Source of the DNA: Ferruginibacter sp.
GTDB lineage: Bacteria; Bacteroidota; Bacteroidia; Chitinophagales; Chitinophagaceae
Assembly (NCBI GenBank): GCA_049840995.1
Contig: JASGIP010000002.1
Reading direction: 5' to 3' (one strand)
DNA: 64,000 nt
This document shows, piece after piece, positions 45,630-55,520 of this stretch. Both the position numbers and the translations under genes were made by a program. The stretch's first letter is position 1. Each line of letters starts with the position of its first letter. The notes under the pieces were generated by a model, which was given only the letters and a program-made list of their open reading frames with translations, made no database searches and was not told the DNA's origin.

Positions 45630-46508
45630 ATGACCAGTATTGCTGCTTCCGAATTAATTATCAACAGCCGGGGCGCTGTTTATCATCTTGATTGCCTTGC
45701 CGAAGAAATTGCATCCACTATTATTACCGTAGGCGACCCCGACAGGGTAGCCGCTGTGAGCAAACATTTTGATACGGTGGAAGTAAAGAACCAGCACCGC
45801 GAATTTGTAACGCATACAGGCTATATCGGTAAAAAACGCATCAGTGTTGTAAGCACGGGCATTGGTACGGATAATATTGATATTGTGCTGAATGAACTGG
45901 ATGCACTGGCGAATATCGATTTCGCTACCAGGACGATCAAAGAAAATCTTACCGCACTTAATATCATCCGCGTAGGCACTTCGGGTTCGTTGCAGCGGGA
46001 TATACCGGTGGATAGTTATGTGGTGAGCACCCATGGCCTGGGCATTGATAACCTGCTGAATTTTTACCGGCACAACAGCAATGAAGAAGAAAAACAACTG
46101 GTGCAGTCTTTTATTACACAAACACAATTAAATAATAATTTTGCACAGCCCTATATCAGCAGTGCCAGCGGCGCCCTGATAAAGCATTTTGTAGATGGTT
46201 TTCACCAGGGTATCACCGTTACCTGTCCCGGCTTTTATGGTCCGCAGGGCAGGGTGTTACGACTGGGACTTGCCAACCCGGCGCTGATCGATAACCTTAC
46301 TGCATTTACATTCGGGCAGCACCGCATTACCAATTTTGAAATGGAAACAGCGGGCATTTACGGGCTGGGTAATTTGCTGGGGCATCACTGCCTTTCCATC
46401 AGCGCTATTGTGGCCAACCGTATCTCCAAAGAGTTCAGTAAAGATGGCGGCGCAGTAGTGGAAAGCCTGATCAAAAAAACACTGGAGATCATCTCCGACA
46501 ACATATAA
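45630..46508 (+). CDS. Nucleoside (uridine/purine) phosphorylase family protein
   Basis: TVGDPDRV, STGIG, RVGTSG, FYGPQGR, NFEMET. Confidence 0.9.
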   Translation: MTSIAASELIINSRGAVYHLDCLAEEIASTIITVGDPDRVAAVSKHFDTVEVKNQHREFVTHTGYIGKKRISVVSTGIGTDNIDIVLNELDALANIDFATRTIKENLTALNIIRVGTSGSLQRDIPVDSYVVSTHGLGIDNLLNFYRHNSNEEEKQLVQSFITQTQLNNNFAQPYISSASGALIKHFVDGFHQGITVTCPGFYGPQGRVLRLGLANPALIDNLTAFTFGQHRITNFEMETAGIYGLGNLLGHHCLSISAIVANRISKEFSKDGGAVVESLIKKTLEIISDNI

Positions 46509-46510
46509 AC

Positions 46511-47293
46511 ATGAAGATCGATTTTTATAAATACCAGGGAACCGGCAACGATTTTGTCATACTGGATAACAGGGATAATAAATACGAAAAACTTTCCACC
46601 AAAGTGGTGAAACATATTTGCGACAGGCGGTTTGGCATAGGTGCAGATGGATTGATGTTGCTGACATTGAAGAGCGGTTACGACTTTGAGATGATCTATT
46701 TTAATGCTGATGGTAATGAAAGCAGCATGTGTGGTAATGGGGGCAGATGCCTGGTAAAATTTGCGTACCATATGGGCATTCATAAAAGCACCTATCATTT
46801 TATTGCTACTGATGGCGAGCATTATGCGGATATCAATACCGATCAAACGGTTCGTTTAAAAATGAAAGATGTGGAAGAAGTAGATGAACATTCTACTTAT
46901 GCGATACTGAATACCGGTTCGCCGCATTTTGTAAAATTTGCCAATAATGTAAAAGATATCGATGTGCTGGAAACAGGCCGTGAGATCCGCTACAGCAAAG
47001 AATTCAAGCAGGAAGGTATTAATGTGAATTTTGTGGAATCGATTGACGAAGATGGTATTTATGTACGTACCTACGAAAGAGGCGTAGAGGATGAGACCTA
47101 CAGCTGCGGCACCGGCGTTACTGCTGCTGCATTGATGAGCGCCCACAACGATAATGGTTTTAACCGTGTGGAAGTGGATACACCCGGCGGCCACCTGAGC
47201 GTGGAGTTTGAAAAGATAGACGATGAACATTTTACCAATATATGGTTGTGCGGCCCCGCCGAATTTGTATATAAAGGCGAAATAGAAGTATAA
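46511..47293 (+). CDS. dapF: Diaminopimelate epimerase
   Basis: KYQGTGNDF, MCGNGGRC, TGSPH, ERGVE...SCGTG. Confidence 0.95.
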   Translation: MKIDFYKYQGTGNDFVILDNRDNKYEKLSTKVVKHICDRRFGIGADGLMLLTLKSGYDFEMIYFNADGNESSMCGNGGRCLVKFAYHMGIHKSTYHFIATDGEHYADINTDQTVRLKMKDVEEVDEHSTYAILNTGSPHFVKFANNVKDIDVLETGREIRYSKEFKQEGINVNFVESIDEDGIYVRTYERGVEDETYSCGTGVTAAALMSAHNDNGFNRVEVDTPGGHLSVEFEKIDDEHFTNIWLCGPAEFVYKGEIEV

Positions 47294-47362
47294 CAAATAC
47301 ATAAAGCCGTTGGTATTTCATTACGGCATTATCCAATTAATTTTGCAGCAGCTGCATATTAT

Positions 47363-48301
47363 ATGATACAGTATTTTAAGATCATAGAACATCAAACCAT
47401 TGCCATCGACAAGCCCGAAGTGGGCAGTTGGGTGAATGTGCTGCCGCCTTTAAAGCAGGAAGAGTTCAATGAACTGAGTGAAACGCTGGATATACCCATC
47501 GACTTTTTAAAAGACTCGCTGGATATTGATGAACGCAGCCGTTACGAAATTGACGACAATGTAAAACTGGTGGTAATAAAAACACCTACCGAGAATAATT
47601 CCTTCAACGACAGCGATGCTTTTTATATCACCATTCCTATCTGTATCATTCTAACGCATAACCAGATCGTAACGGTGAATTCCTTCGAGAATGAGGCCAT
47701 CAAAAAATTCCTGAACAGTTTTCAGAACCGTCATCCCGATAAAAAGAATATGATGGTACTGAAGATATTTGAAAAGATCACCGCCAATTTCCAGGAATAC
47801 CTGAAGGAGATCAACCAGCGCAGGAATATACTGGAGCAGAAATTATATGATGCCAACCGTAATGAAGAATTGCTGCAACTGATGCGGATACAGAAAAGCC
47901 TGGTGTATTTTATTACCGCACTGCGCAGCAACGAATTGCTGATGATGAAGCTGGCACGTACCAATGTGATGCAACTGAATGATGATGAGAAGGATTTTTT
48001 AGATGATCTTATAGTGGAAACATCACAGGCATTGGAAACTGCCAATACTTATACTAACATACTCAGCTCTTCGCTGGATGCTTTTGCAAGCATCATCAGC
48101 AATAACCAGAACGAAGTGCTGAAAAGGCTCACCACGCTCACCATCTTTTTAAGTGTGCCGGTATTGATCGCCAGTATTTATGGTATGAATGTGCCTATTC
48201 CTTATAAAGATACTCACTACGCCTTCTGGGTACCCGTGATATTATCATTGGGTATATTAGGTGTGGTGATGTGGAACTATTTAAAACGGTTTAAAAGATA
48301 A
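47363..48301 (+). CDS. corA: CorA family Mg2+/Co2+ transporter
   Basis: Two C-terminal TMs with the YGMNV signature. Confidence 0.9.
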   Translation: MIQYFKIIEHQTIAIDKPEVGSWVNVLPPLKQEEFNELSETLDIPIDFLKDSLDIDERSRYEIDDNVKLVVIKTPTENNSFNDSDAFYITIPICIILTHNQIVTVNSFENEAIKKFLNSFQNRHPDKKNMMVLKIFEKITANFQEYLKEINQRRNILEQKLYDANRNEELLQLMRIQKSLVYFITALRSNELLMMKLARTNVMQLNDDEKDFLDDLIVETSQALETANTYTNILSSSLDAFASIISNNQNEVLKRLTTLTIFLSVPVLIASIYGMNVPIPYKDTHYAFWVPVILSLGILGVVMWNYLKRFKR

Positions 48302-48303
48302 TT

Positions 48304-48762
48304 ATGTTCTCAGTAAGGGTATACGGCATTTTGATGAATGATAAAAAACAGGTGCTGGTAAGTGATGAATTAATAAGGGGCATGCGGATTACCAAATTTC
48401 CCGGTGGCGGGCTGGAATTTGGCGAAGGCACCCGGGATTGCCTTAAAAGAGAGTTCATGGAAGAAATGCAGTTAGCAGTTTCCATCGGCGATCATATCTA
48501 CACCACCGATTTTTACCAGATGAGTGCTTTTGACAGCAGCAAACAGATCATCTCCATTTATTATTTTGCAACAGCGCTGGAAGAAATTAAAGCGCCACTT
48601 CGTACTACCGAATTTGATTTTGACGCACAACAGCTACGCATATACGAAACAACCGGTGAGACAGAAACCTTCCGCTTTGTGGACTGGAATGATTTTTCGG
48701 GCGCTTCTGTAACATTACCTATTGACAAGATCGTAGCCGATCTTTTAAAAGAAAAATATTAA
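48304..48762 (+). CDS. NUDIX hydrolase
   Basis: FPGGGLEFGEGTRDCLKREFMEE Nudix box. Confidence 0.9.
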   Translation: MFSVRVYGILMNDKKQVLVSDELIRGMRITKFPGGGLEFGEGTRDCLKREFMEEMQLAVSIGDHIYTTDFYQMSAFDSSKQIISIYYFATALEEIKAPLRTTEFDFDAQQLRIYETTGETETFRFVDWNDFSGASVTLPIDKIVADLLKEKY

Positions 48763-48769
48763 CCGGCAA

Positions 48770-49372
48770 ATGAACCAGGAGAGTTTTTTTGATCAGCATA
48801 TTATTTTAGAAGATGCACTGGTGCGGCTGGAACCGCTGGAAGAAAGGCATTACGATGCACTACTGCCTGTGGCACTGCATAAGGACCTGTGGCTATACAC
48901 CGGCGCCAAAGTAAATTCGGAAGCTGATTTTAAAAGATATTTTGATAACGCTTTACTGGAAAAGAAAAATAAGAAAGCCTATCCTTTTGCATATTATCAT
49001 AAACAACAAAACAAGATAGTAGGCTGTACCCGTTTTGGTAATATCGATCTTGCCAATAAAAGATTGGAAATAGGCTGGACCTGGCTGGATCCTTCCCTGC
49101 ACGGTACCGGTTTTAATAAACATTGCAAGTTCCTGCTCATCAGTTATGGTTTTGAACAACTGCAGCTGAACCGGGTTGAATTAAAGACCAGCCACCTTAA
49201 CCTGCGCTCACAAAAAGCCATGCGCAAGATCGGTGCTGTAGAAGAAGGCACACTCCGCCGCCACAGCATCAACGAAGATGGCCTGGTAAGGGATACGGTG
49301 TATTTTAGTTTTATTGCGGAAGAATGGCCTGCAATAAAAGCCCGTATATTTGACGACCTCATAAACTCATAA
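48770..49372 (+). CDS. GNAT acetyltransferase, RimJ/RimL type
   Basis: LEIGWTW, LNRVELKT, SQKAMRKIGAVEEG. Confidence 0.88.
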   Translation: MNQESFFDQHIILEDALVRLEPLEERHYDALLPVALHKDLWLYTGAKVNSEADFKRYFDNALLEKKNKKAYPFAYYHKQQNKIVGCTRFGNIDLANKRLEIGWTWLDPSLHGTGFNKHCKFLLISYGFEQLQLNRVELKTSHLNLRSQKAMRKIGAVEEGTLRRHSINEDGLVRDTVYFSFIAEEWPAIKARIFDDLINS

Positions 49373-49576
49373 CTCCCTCATTTTCATACCCAATTGCGTT
49401 GTATTCCCGGGTGCTCCCGGTTGGTTTCCCGGCAATCGGTTTTCAAATTATAATGCCTGTCATATAATACCCAGAGCCTGGTTTATCCATGTTTTTGTAG
49501 TAATATATATGATACATTTCATATTAATTAGTCTACAGCTTTTATAGCCTTTTGTGTATTTATTTGTGGCCTGTTT

Positions 49577-52500
49577 ATGAACCCAGGTAATACTTCACAT
49601 AAAACACCGACCAGCGCTGATCTTGGGATGATCTTTGAAAATCTCCCGGGGTTATATCTTGTGCTATATCCCGATCTTACTATTGCCGCGGTGAGCAATA
49701 GTTACCTGCGTGCCACGCTTACCTGCAGGGAGCAGATCGTGGGCCGTCATCTCTTTGATGTTTTTCCTGATAATCCTGCTGACCTGCATGCAGATGGTGT
49801 TTCAAAATTGCAGGCTTCGCTTGATGTTGTAATTGCAAAAGGCATTCCTCATAAAATGGCCGATCAGCAATATGATGTGCGCAGGCCCGATGGTGTTTTT
49901 GAAGAAAAATACTGGCGACCATTGAACACACCAGTTTTTAACGAACAAAAAGAATTGATCTATATCATTCACCAGGCAGAAGATGTAACGGTAGAGAAAA
50001 AAACAGAAAAGAAATTACTGCAGAGCCAGAAAGATTTTCAACGGCTGGTGAGTGGTGTAAAGGATTATGCAATATTTCTATTGGACATTAATGGAAAAGT
50101 GGCGAGCTGGAATAGTGGTGCAGAAGTGATCAAGGGATACCGGCAGCAAGAGATCGTAGACCGGCACATGGAAGTATTTTATACTGAGGCCGACCGGCAA
50201 ATTGGTATCCCTGCCGAAAATCTCCGTAAGGCAATACAATGGGGGCGTTATGAGTCGGAAGGATGGAGAAGAAGAAATGATGGTTCAGAATTTTTTGCCA
50301 ATACAGTTATTACTGCGTTGAAAGATGATGCAGGAGATCTGTATGGTTTTTCCAATATCACCAGGGATATTACCGAAAGAAAAAAGATCTACCTGCAGCT
50401 GGATTTTCTTTCCAGGCAGGTGAACCAGTCGAACGATGCGATCTGTACCATTGATACCACGCTCCGTATCAACAACTGGAACAGGGGCGCTGAAAAACTG
50501 TATGGCGTTAGTGCTGCTGAGGCTATAGGCAAACAGCCCGGTGAATTATTCCGTACTTCCCTTACGGCAGCAGAATTCAATGCGGTCATACAAAAAGCGG
50601 AACAGGACGGCTATTGGTCGGGCGAGTATACCATAAAAGACCGCAAGGGCGCTGATATTTTTGTACGCTCTTCGCTTACGGGTGTAAAAGATGATGTTGG
50701 AAATATTCGTGGATACATCTCCGTTAGTTTTGATGTAACTGCAGAAAAGCAATTACAGCAGCAAGTGAATCATCTTGCTAATATTGTAGAGCAATCTGAT
50801 GAAGCTATCTTCTCCCGTGGGCTCGACCGCAGGATCATCAGCTGGAACAGTGGTGCAGAAAAATTGCTGGGCTACAGTAAAGAAGAAGCCATTGGCAAAA
50901 CAGGTGCAGAATTAGGTATGGCAAAAATATCAGAAGAAGAGATACGGGGGATAGAAAATACTTTGTTTAAAAATGGCAGCTGGAAATCGCAGCGAAACTA
51001 TTTTCATAAAAAGGGCCGCAGCTTTACTGCCGAGGTAACGGGCACCGCGGTAAAGAACGAAGCAGGGGAGATCAATTCCATGGTATTTATCATCAAGGAT
51101 ATCAGCCTGCGCCTGGCGCTGGAACAGCAATTGCTGCATGCCAACGAAATGCTGGAACAAAAAGTAGTGGCAAGGGCCGAACAGATCATCAAAACAGAAA
51201 GCAGGTACCAGGCGATCATTGAAAACAGCGGCGAGATATTTTTCCTGATGAATGATGAATTGAAAGTGATCTACCGAAGTTCATCGGCAGCGAGGATCAC
51301 CGGCTGGAAGAATGAAGAGTTACTGCAAAAGAATGGTATGCTGAAAGTGCACCCCGATGATAAACAGAATTTGGAAGCTACAATACGGGAGCTGGTTGCA
51401 AACCCCGGAAGGTTGATCCATTGCAGGTTCAGGAAACGCCATAAAGAAGGACACTATCTTTGGCTGGAAGGCACCGTGATCAACCTGCTGCACGAAAAAA
51501 ATGTGAATGCGATGGTTTTTAATTTGCGGGATGTAAGTGCAAAAATAGTGGCAGAACAAAAGCTGCGGCATTCGGAAGAGAACCTGAAAGCCATTTTTGA
51601 CAATGCCTCACAGAGTTTTGTGCTGATCACTAAAGAAGGGATCATTAAATCATATAATAAAAGAGCGGAACGTACCATTTTCCGCAATAGCAGCGGTGTC
51701 ATCACCGAGGGTAAAAGCATCTTCAGCCTGGTGGAAGGACCGGCGGAAGATTTTTTTAATAACCTGTTGCAAAAAGTAGCTGCCGGCGAAACAGTGCAAT
51801 ACGAACGCTCCTTTACACATGCAGGCGGATCAGTGACCTGGATGCATTTTTCCTATTGCCCGGTGCTGAAAGAAAATGGGGATGTTGACATATGCATTAC
51901 CGGTAGTGATATCACGGAAAAAAAGCTGGCCGAACAACAAAAGGATTTTGACAGCAATAACCTGAGCGCCCTTATCAATAATACCACCGACCTGATATGG
52001 AGTGTGGACAGGGAATATAAATTGATCGCTTTCAATGAAGCGTTTCATGATATCGTAAGCAGGATCACCGGTAAAACACCCGAGAAAGAATACAGTATCC
52101 TGTTCCATGAATTCAGCCCCGAGCAAATAGAACGGTATAAAAAATATTATGACCGTGCATTTGAAGGAGAAGTATTTACGGTGATAGAAAAAGATGAGAC
52201 GGTGCCGCGTTTATGGTCCGAATTGTCTTTTTACCCGATCTATGAAAAAGATATCGTTATAGGCACCGCCTGTTTTTCCCGTGATATTTCTGAAAAGATG
52301 CAGGCGCAGGAAGCGCTTAAGAAAAGCCTGGCAGAAAAGCAGGCATTGGGTGAAAGGATGTCGGTTATCCTTAACAGTCTGCCTGCCACCATTGCGTTGC
52401 TGGATAGTAAAGGTGTGATTGTGGAAGTGAACGAGGCCTGGAAAAGATCTGCCGATGCAAATGCAGTGACATCGATACATTGCAGCGTTGGCAGTAATTA

Positions 52501-53413
52501 CCTGGATGATACAGTGGATATCAATTGCCCTTTGCAAAAAGATGCCGGGCGTGCCCGCAGAGGTATCAGGCAGGTGTTGCAGGGTAAAAGAAACGAGTTT
52601 GTAATGGAATATTCCTGTGATCGGCAGGAGCAGGAACGATGGTTCCGTATGGTGGTTACTCCTTTAAAAGAAAAAGCTTATGAAGGTGTGGTGGTGATGT
52701 ACGTGGATATTTCCGAACTGCGCAGGCTGGAAAAAGAACGTTTGCAAAGTAAACTGGATGAACAAAAGAAGATCACCAAGGCCATGATAACAGGGCAGGA
52801 GAATGAACGCAATCATATTGGTAAAGAGTTGCACGATAATATCAACCAGTTACTGGCGGGCACCAGGTTGTACCTGAATGTTGCCGGCAGAAAAGATGAG
52901 ATATTGAATGAGCTGATCCGTTACCCGATGGAGTTGCTGGATCATACTATTGCAGAGATCAGGGCATTGTGTGCTAAAATGGTTACGCCATTAAAAGATA
53001 TTCAGCTGCAAACATTACTGCAGGAACTGCTGTACAAAGTAGACCAGGCCAGCGGTATGGGTACCGATCTGATCTATGATGTACCCGGCGGCTTATTATC
53101 AGATGATCTTAAACTCAATATTTACCGCATCATACAGGAGCAGGTAAACAATATTTTAAAACATGCTGCTGCACGCAATGTAATTATTACTGTTAGCAGC
53201 AACGATCGTTGTATATCTATATCCATTAAAGATGATGGTAAAGGTTTTGATACAAAGGTCAAACGCAACGGCATTGGTATCTCCAATATCATCAACCGGG
53301 CGCAGACTTTTAACGGGCAGGCGATTGTTGTAAGCAGCCCGGGTAAAGGTTGTAGTTTAAAAATTGAGATACCAGTAGTAGCACCACCTGTTGCTGTAAT
53401 TGCAGGTGAATAG
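49577..53413 (+). CDS. Cytoplasmic multi-PAS sensor histidine kinase (HisKA_3 type)
   Basis: About seven PAS/PAC repeats; ERNHIGKELHDNINQ; IKDDGKGFD...GIG; no TM. Confidence 0.9.
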   Translation: MNPGNTSHKTPTSADLGMIFENLPGLYLVLYPDLTIAAVSNSYLRATLTCREQIVGRHLFDVFPDNPADLHADGVSKLQASLDVVIAKGIPHKMADQQYDVRRPDGVFEEKYWRPLNTPVFNEQKELIYIIHQAEDVTVEKKTEKKLLQSQKDFQRLVSGVKDYAIFLLDINGKVASWNSGAEVIKGYRQQEIVDRHMEVFYTEADRQIGIPAENLRKAIQWGRYESEGWRRRNDGSEFFANTVITALKDDAGDLYGFSNITRDITERKKIYLQLDFLSRQVNQSNDAICTIDTTLRINNWNRGAEKLYGVSAAEAIGKQPGELFRTSLTAAEFNAVIQKAEQDGYWSGEYTIKDRKGADIFVRSSLTGVKDDVGNIRGYISVSFDVTAEKQLQQQVNHLANIVEQSDEAIFSRGLDRRIISWNSGAEKLLGYSKEEAIGKTGAELGMAKISEEEIRGIENTLFKNGSWKSQRNYFHKKGRSFTAEVTGTAVKNEAGEINSMVFIIKDISLRLALEQQLLHANEMLEQKVVARAEQIIKTESRYQAIIENSGEIFFLMNDELKVIYRSSSAARITGWKNEELLQKNGMLKVHPDDKQNLEATIRELVANPGRLIHCRFRKRHKEGHYLWLEGTVINLLHEKNVNAMVFNLRDVSAKIVAEQKLRHSEENLKAIFDNASQSFVLITKEGIIKSYNKRAERTIFRNSSGVITEGKSIFSLVEGPAEDFFNNLLQKVAAGETVQYERSFTHAGGSVTWMHFSYCPVLKENGDVDICITGSDITEKKLAEQQKDFDSNNLSALINNTTDLIWSVDREYKLIAFNEAFHDIVSRITGKTPEKEYSILFHEFSPEQIERYKKYYDRAFEGEVFTVIEKDETVPRLWSELSFYPIYEKDIVIGTACFSRDISEKMQAQEALKKSLAEKQALGERMSVILNSLPATIALLDSKGVIVEVNEAWKRSADANAVTSIHCSVGSNYLDDTVDINCPLQKDAGRARRGIRQVLQGKRNEFVMEYSCDRQEQERWFRMVVTPLKEKAYEGVVVMYVDISELRRLEKERLQSKLDEQKKITKAMITGQENERNHIGKELHDNINQLLAGTRLYLNVAGRKDEILNELIRYPMELLDHTIAEIRALCAKMVTPLKDIQLQTLLQELLYKVDQASGMGTDLIYDVPGGLLSDDLKLNIYRIIQEQVNNILKHAAARNVIITVSSNDRCISISIKDDGKGFDTKVKRNGIGISNIINRAQTFNGQAIVVSSPGKGCSLKIEIPVVAPPVAVIAGE

Positions 53414-53491
53414 AAAAGAACAGTATTCCTTCATTCAATTTTATAAACGGGATTGCTTAACTTGTAATGCTGTTGCATTAAAAGTACCTGT

Positions 53492-53938
53492 ATGCGATCT
53501 TTCTTCCTTAGTCTATTGGCTTTTTTCTTATTCTCCTGTAAAGAAGAGAAGAAGCTGGATTACAACAATCGTCAATCATTATATAATGAGACTGTTACCT
53601 GTTTACTTCAAAAAAGGGAGGGGATATTAAAACTGCAGGATAGTTCGCTGCAAGCCATTTCTATTTACCAGGAAGACCTTGAAAGATTGAATTTATGCAA
53701 ACAGGTGGATGCTCTTTTCCGGGCAGAGCCCTTAAGTTTTATTTTCATGGAAAAAGATGGTACTGTATCTTTTTATGCAACAATAAGAGGTAATACCCTG
53801 CGGGCAAAGCAATTTATTGTAATGCGCTTAAAAGATACCGGCCTGCTTTCACATAAAATAACCAGTGATATGAAAGTGAAAAAGATCAGTGATGATGGAT
53901 GGTATGAATTGGAAAGATCAATAAGTATAGCAAATTGA
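53492..53938 (+). CDS. Hypothetical lipoprotein
   Basis: Lipobox LFSC; AT-rich. Confidence 0.55.
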   Translation: MRSFFLSLLAFFLFSCKEEKKLDYNNRQSLYNETVTCLLQKREGILKLQDSSLQAISIYQEDLERLNLCKQVDALFRAEPLSFIFMEKDGTVSFYATIRGNTLRAKQFIVMRLKDTGLLSHKITSDMKVKKISDDGWYELERSISIAN

Positions 53939-53955
53939 GTAAACAGGAAAATGCA

Positions 53956-54339
53956 ATGAAGTACATAAGACCATTCTTTATATTGATGCTGTTGATCTAT
54001 TCCGGGTGTGACTCATTTTATGCTGAAGAAAAAACAGTTGTGGGAAATATTATTTTAATAAATGACCATGTGCAAAAGGATAATGGTTTCAGGCTAAATC
54101 ATTACACAGGTAGTTTCAACGATAACCTGATACAGGATTACGTAGTGTCTTTATATGGTAATGACACTGTTTTATTTGTAAAAACCAGGGATACCATTAC
54201 CGGCCACAGGTATTTTGAGGTAAAGCATAACAAAGGAAATGAACCTATAAGGGTAAAGGAACTGGATAGTGCTGCAGTGATCTATAATTCATATTCCAGG
54301 CAGATCGATCATAAGTATAGTTTTGAAGAAAAAAAATAG
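53956..54339 (+). CDS. Hypothetical lipoprotein (DUF3997-like)
   Basis: MKYIRPFFILMLLIYSGC lipobox with ATG at 53956. Confidence 0.5.
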   Translation: MKYIRPFFILMLLIYSGCDSFYAEEKTVVGNIILINDHVQKDNGFRLNHYTGSFNDNLIQDYVVSLYGNDTVLFVKTRDTITGHRYFEVKHNKGNEPIRVKELDSAAVIYNSYSRQIDHKYSFEEKK

Positions 54340-54540
54340 CGCTGTATCAGACAGTATATCCCTTTTTTAATGCGGTTTTAATTTTTTTTAAGCAGCTGTT
54401 TATCAGTAGATTTGAATTGCTTTGCCAGCACGGCATAATAATTGAATAAATCCTGTATTACTTGAAATATTCCGGATCATTTTACTGTAAGGTAAATGGT
54501 CTGCAATAAGCTTAATATTTTAACCAATCAGTAATTAAGG

Positions 54541-54900
54541 ATGAAAAAAATACTGGCGCTGGATGATAATGAAGATATACTGGAGATGCTGCAACTCATC
54601 CTCGGGAAAAAATACGAGGTGCACTGCATCACAGAACCAGACAGGTTTGAACCGCTGATGCATACCCTGCAACCTGACCTGGTGATCATCGATCATTTTA
54701 TTGGCAATTATACTTCCGGTTCGGTAGTGGAAGATATTGGCAGGAACAACAGCCGTCGTACTTTTCCTTTTATACTTTTTTCAGGCTCACATGATGTTGA
54801 AAAGAAAGCTGCCGAATTGGGCGCTGCCGGTTTTATTACCAAACCAAGCAGTATTGGTTATATACGGGATTATATCGACCAGTTTTTTAATCCTGCCTGA
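54541..54900 (+). CDS. Single-domain response regulator
   Basis: ALDDNED, VIIDHF (phospho-Asp), FSG, ITKP. Confidence 0.85.
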   Translation: MKKILALDDNEDILEMLQLILGKKYEVHCITEPDRFEPLMHTLQPDLVIIDHFIGNYTSGSVVEDIGRNNSRRTFPFILFSGSHDVEKKAAELGAAGFITKPSSIGYIRDYIDQFFNPA

Positions 54901-54944
54901 GTATAGCTGTTATTGATAATTTACCACTAATAAACCTTATTCTT

Positions 54945-55520
54945 TTGATCATTGATACTTTAAGAACCGCCACCAAAAAAGCACACCAGGACCTGGATCA
55001 TTATATTTTTCCTATCATACGGAAAATAGACGATAATGAGGAATATGCAAAACTGCTGAAAGTGTTTTTCGGGTATTTTAAACCGGTATATAACCAGTTG
55101 GATAAATACCTTACAGATGATAATGTGCAGCTGTACAGCAGTCGTCGTAAACCGGAACGCATTATCGAAGACCTTACAGCATTGGGTATGCAGGAAGAAG
55201 GATTTTTATTATGTGATAGTTGTCCATTGATCGATACAACAGCCAAAGCCTTTGGCGCTTTTTACGTGTTGGAAGGGTCAACTATGGGAGGTAATATCAT
55301 TGTGCGCAACCTCATGGGACAGTTAAAAAAAGCGCCACCGGCAAGTTTCAGTTTCTTTTCCGGTTATGCAGACCAGAACCTCCAGATGTGGAATTTTTTC
55401 CTCACTGATCTGGAAAATAATACGCAACCGGCAGCAGTGGACGAACTGGTGCATACCGCTTCAGCAACTTTTTTAACATTCGCTAACTGGATAAAAAATA
55501 ATTATGAGTCTGCAGATTAA
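54945..55520 (+). CDS. bphO: Biliverdin-producing heme oxygenase
   Basis: LRTATKKAHQ proximal His; GAFYVLEGSTMGG; TTG start; overlaps the phytochrome by 17 nt. Confidence 0.88.
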   Translation: MIIDTLRTATKKAHQDLDHYIFPIIRKIDDNEEYAKLLKVFFGYFKPVYNQLDKYLTDDNVQLYSSRRKPERIIEDLTALGMQEEGFLLCDSCPLIDTTAKAFGAFYVLEGSTMGGNIIVRNLMGQLKKAPPASFSFFSGYADQNLQMWNFFLTDLENNTQPAAVDELVHTASATFLTFANWIKNNYESAD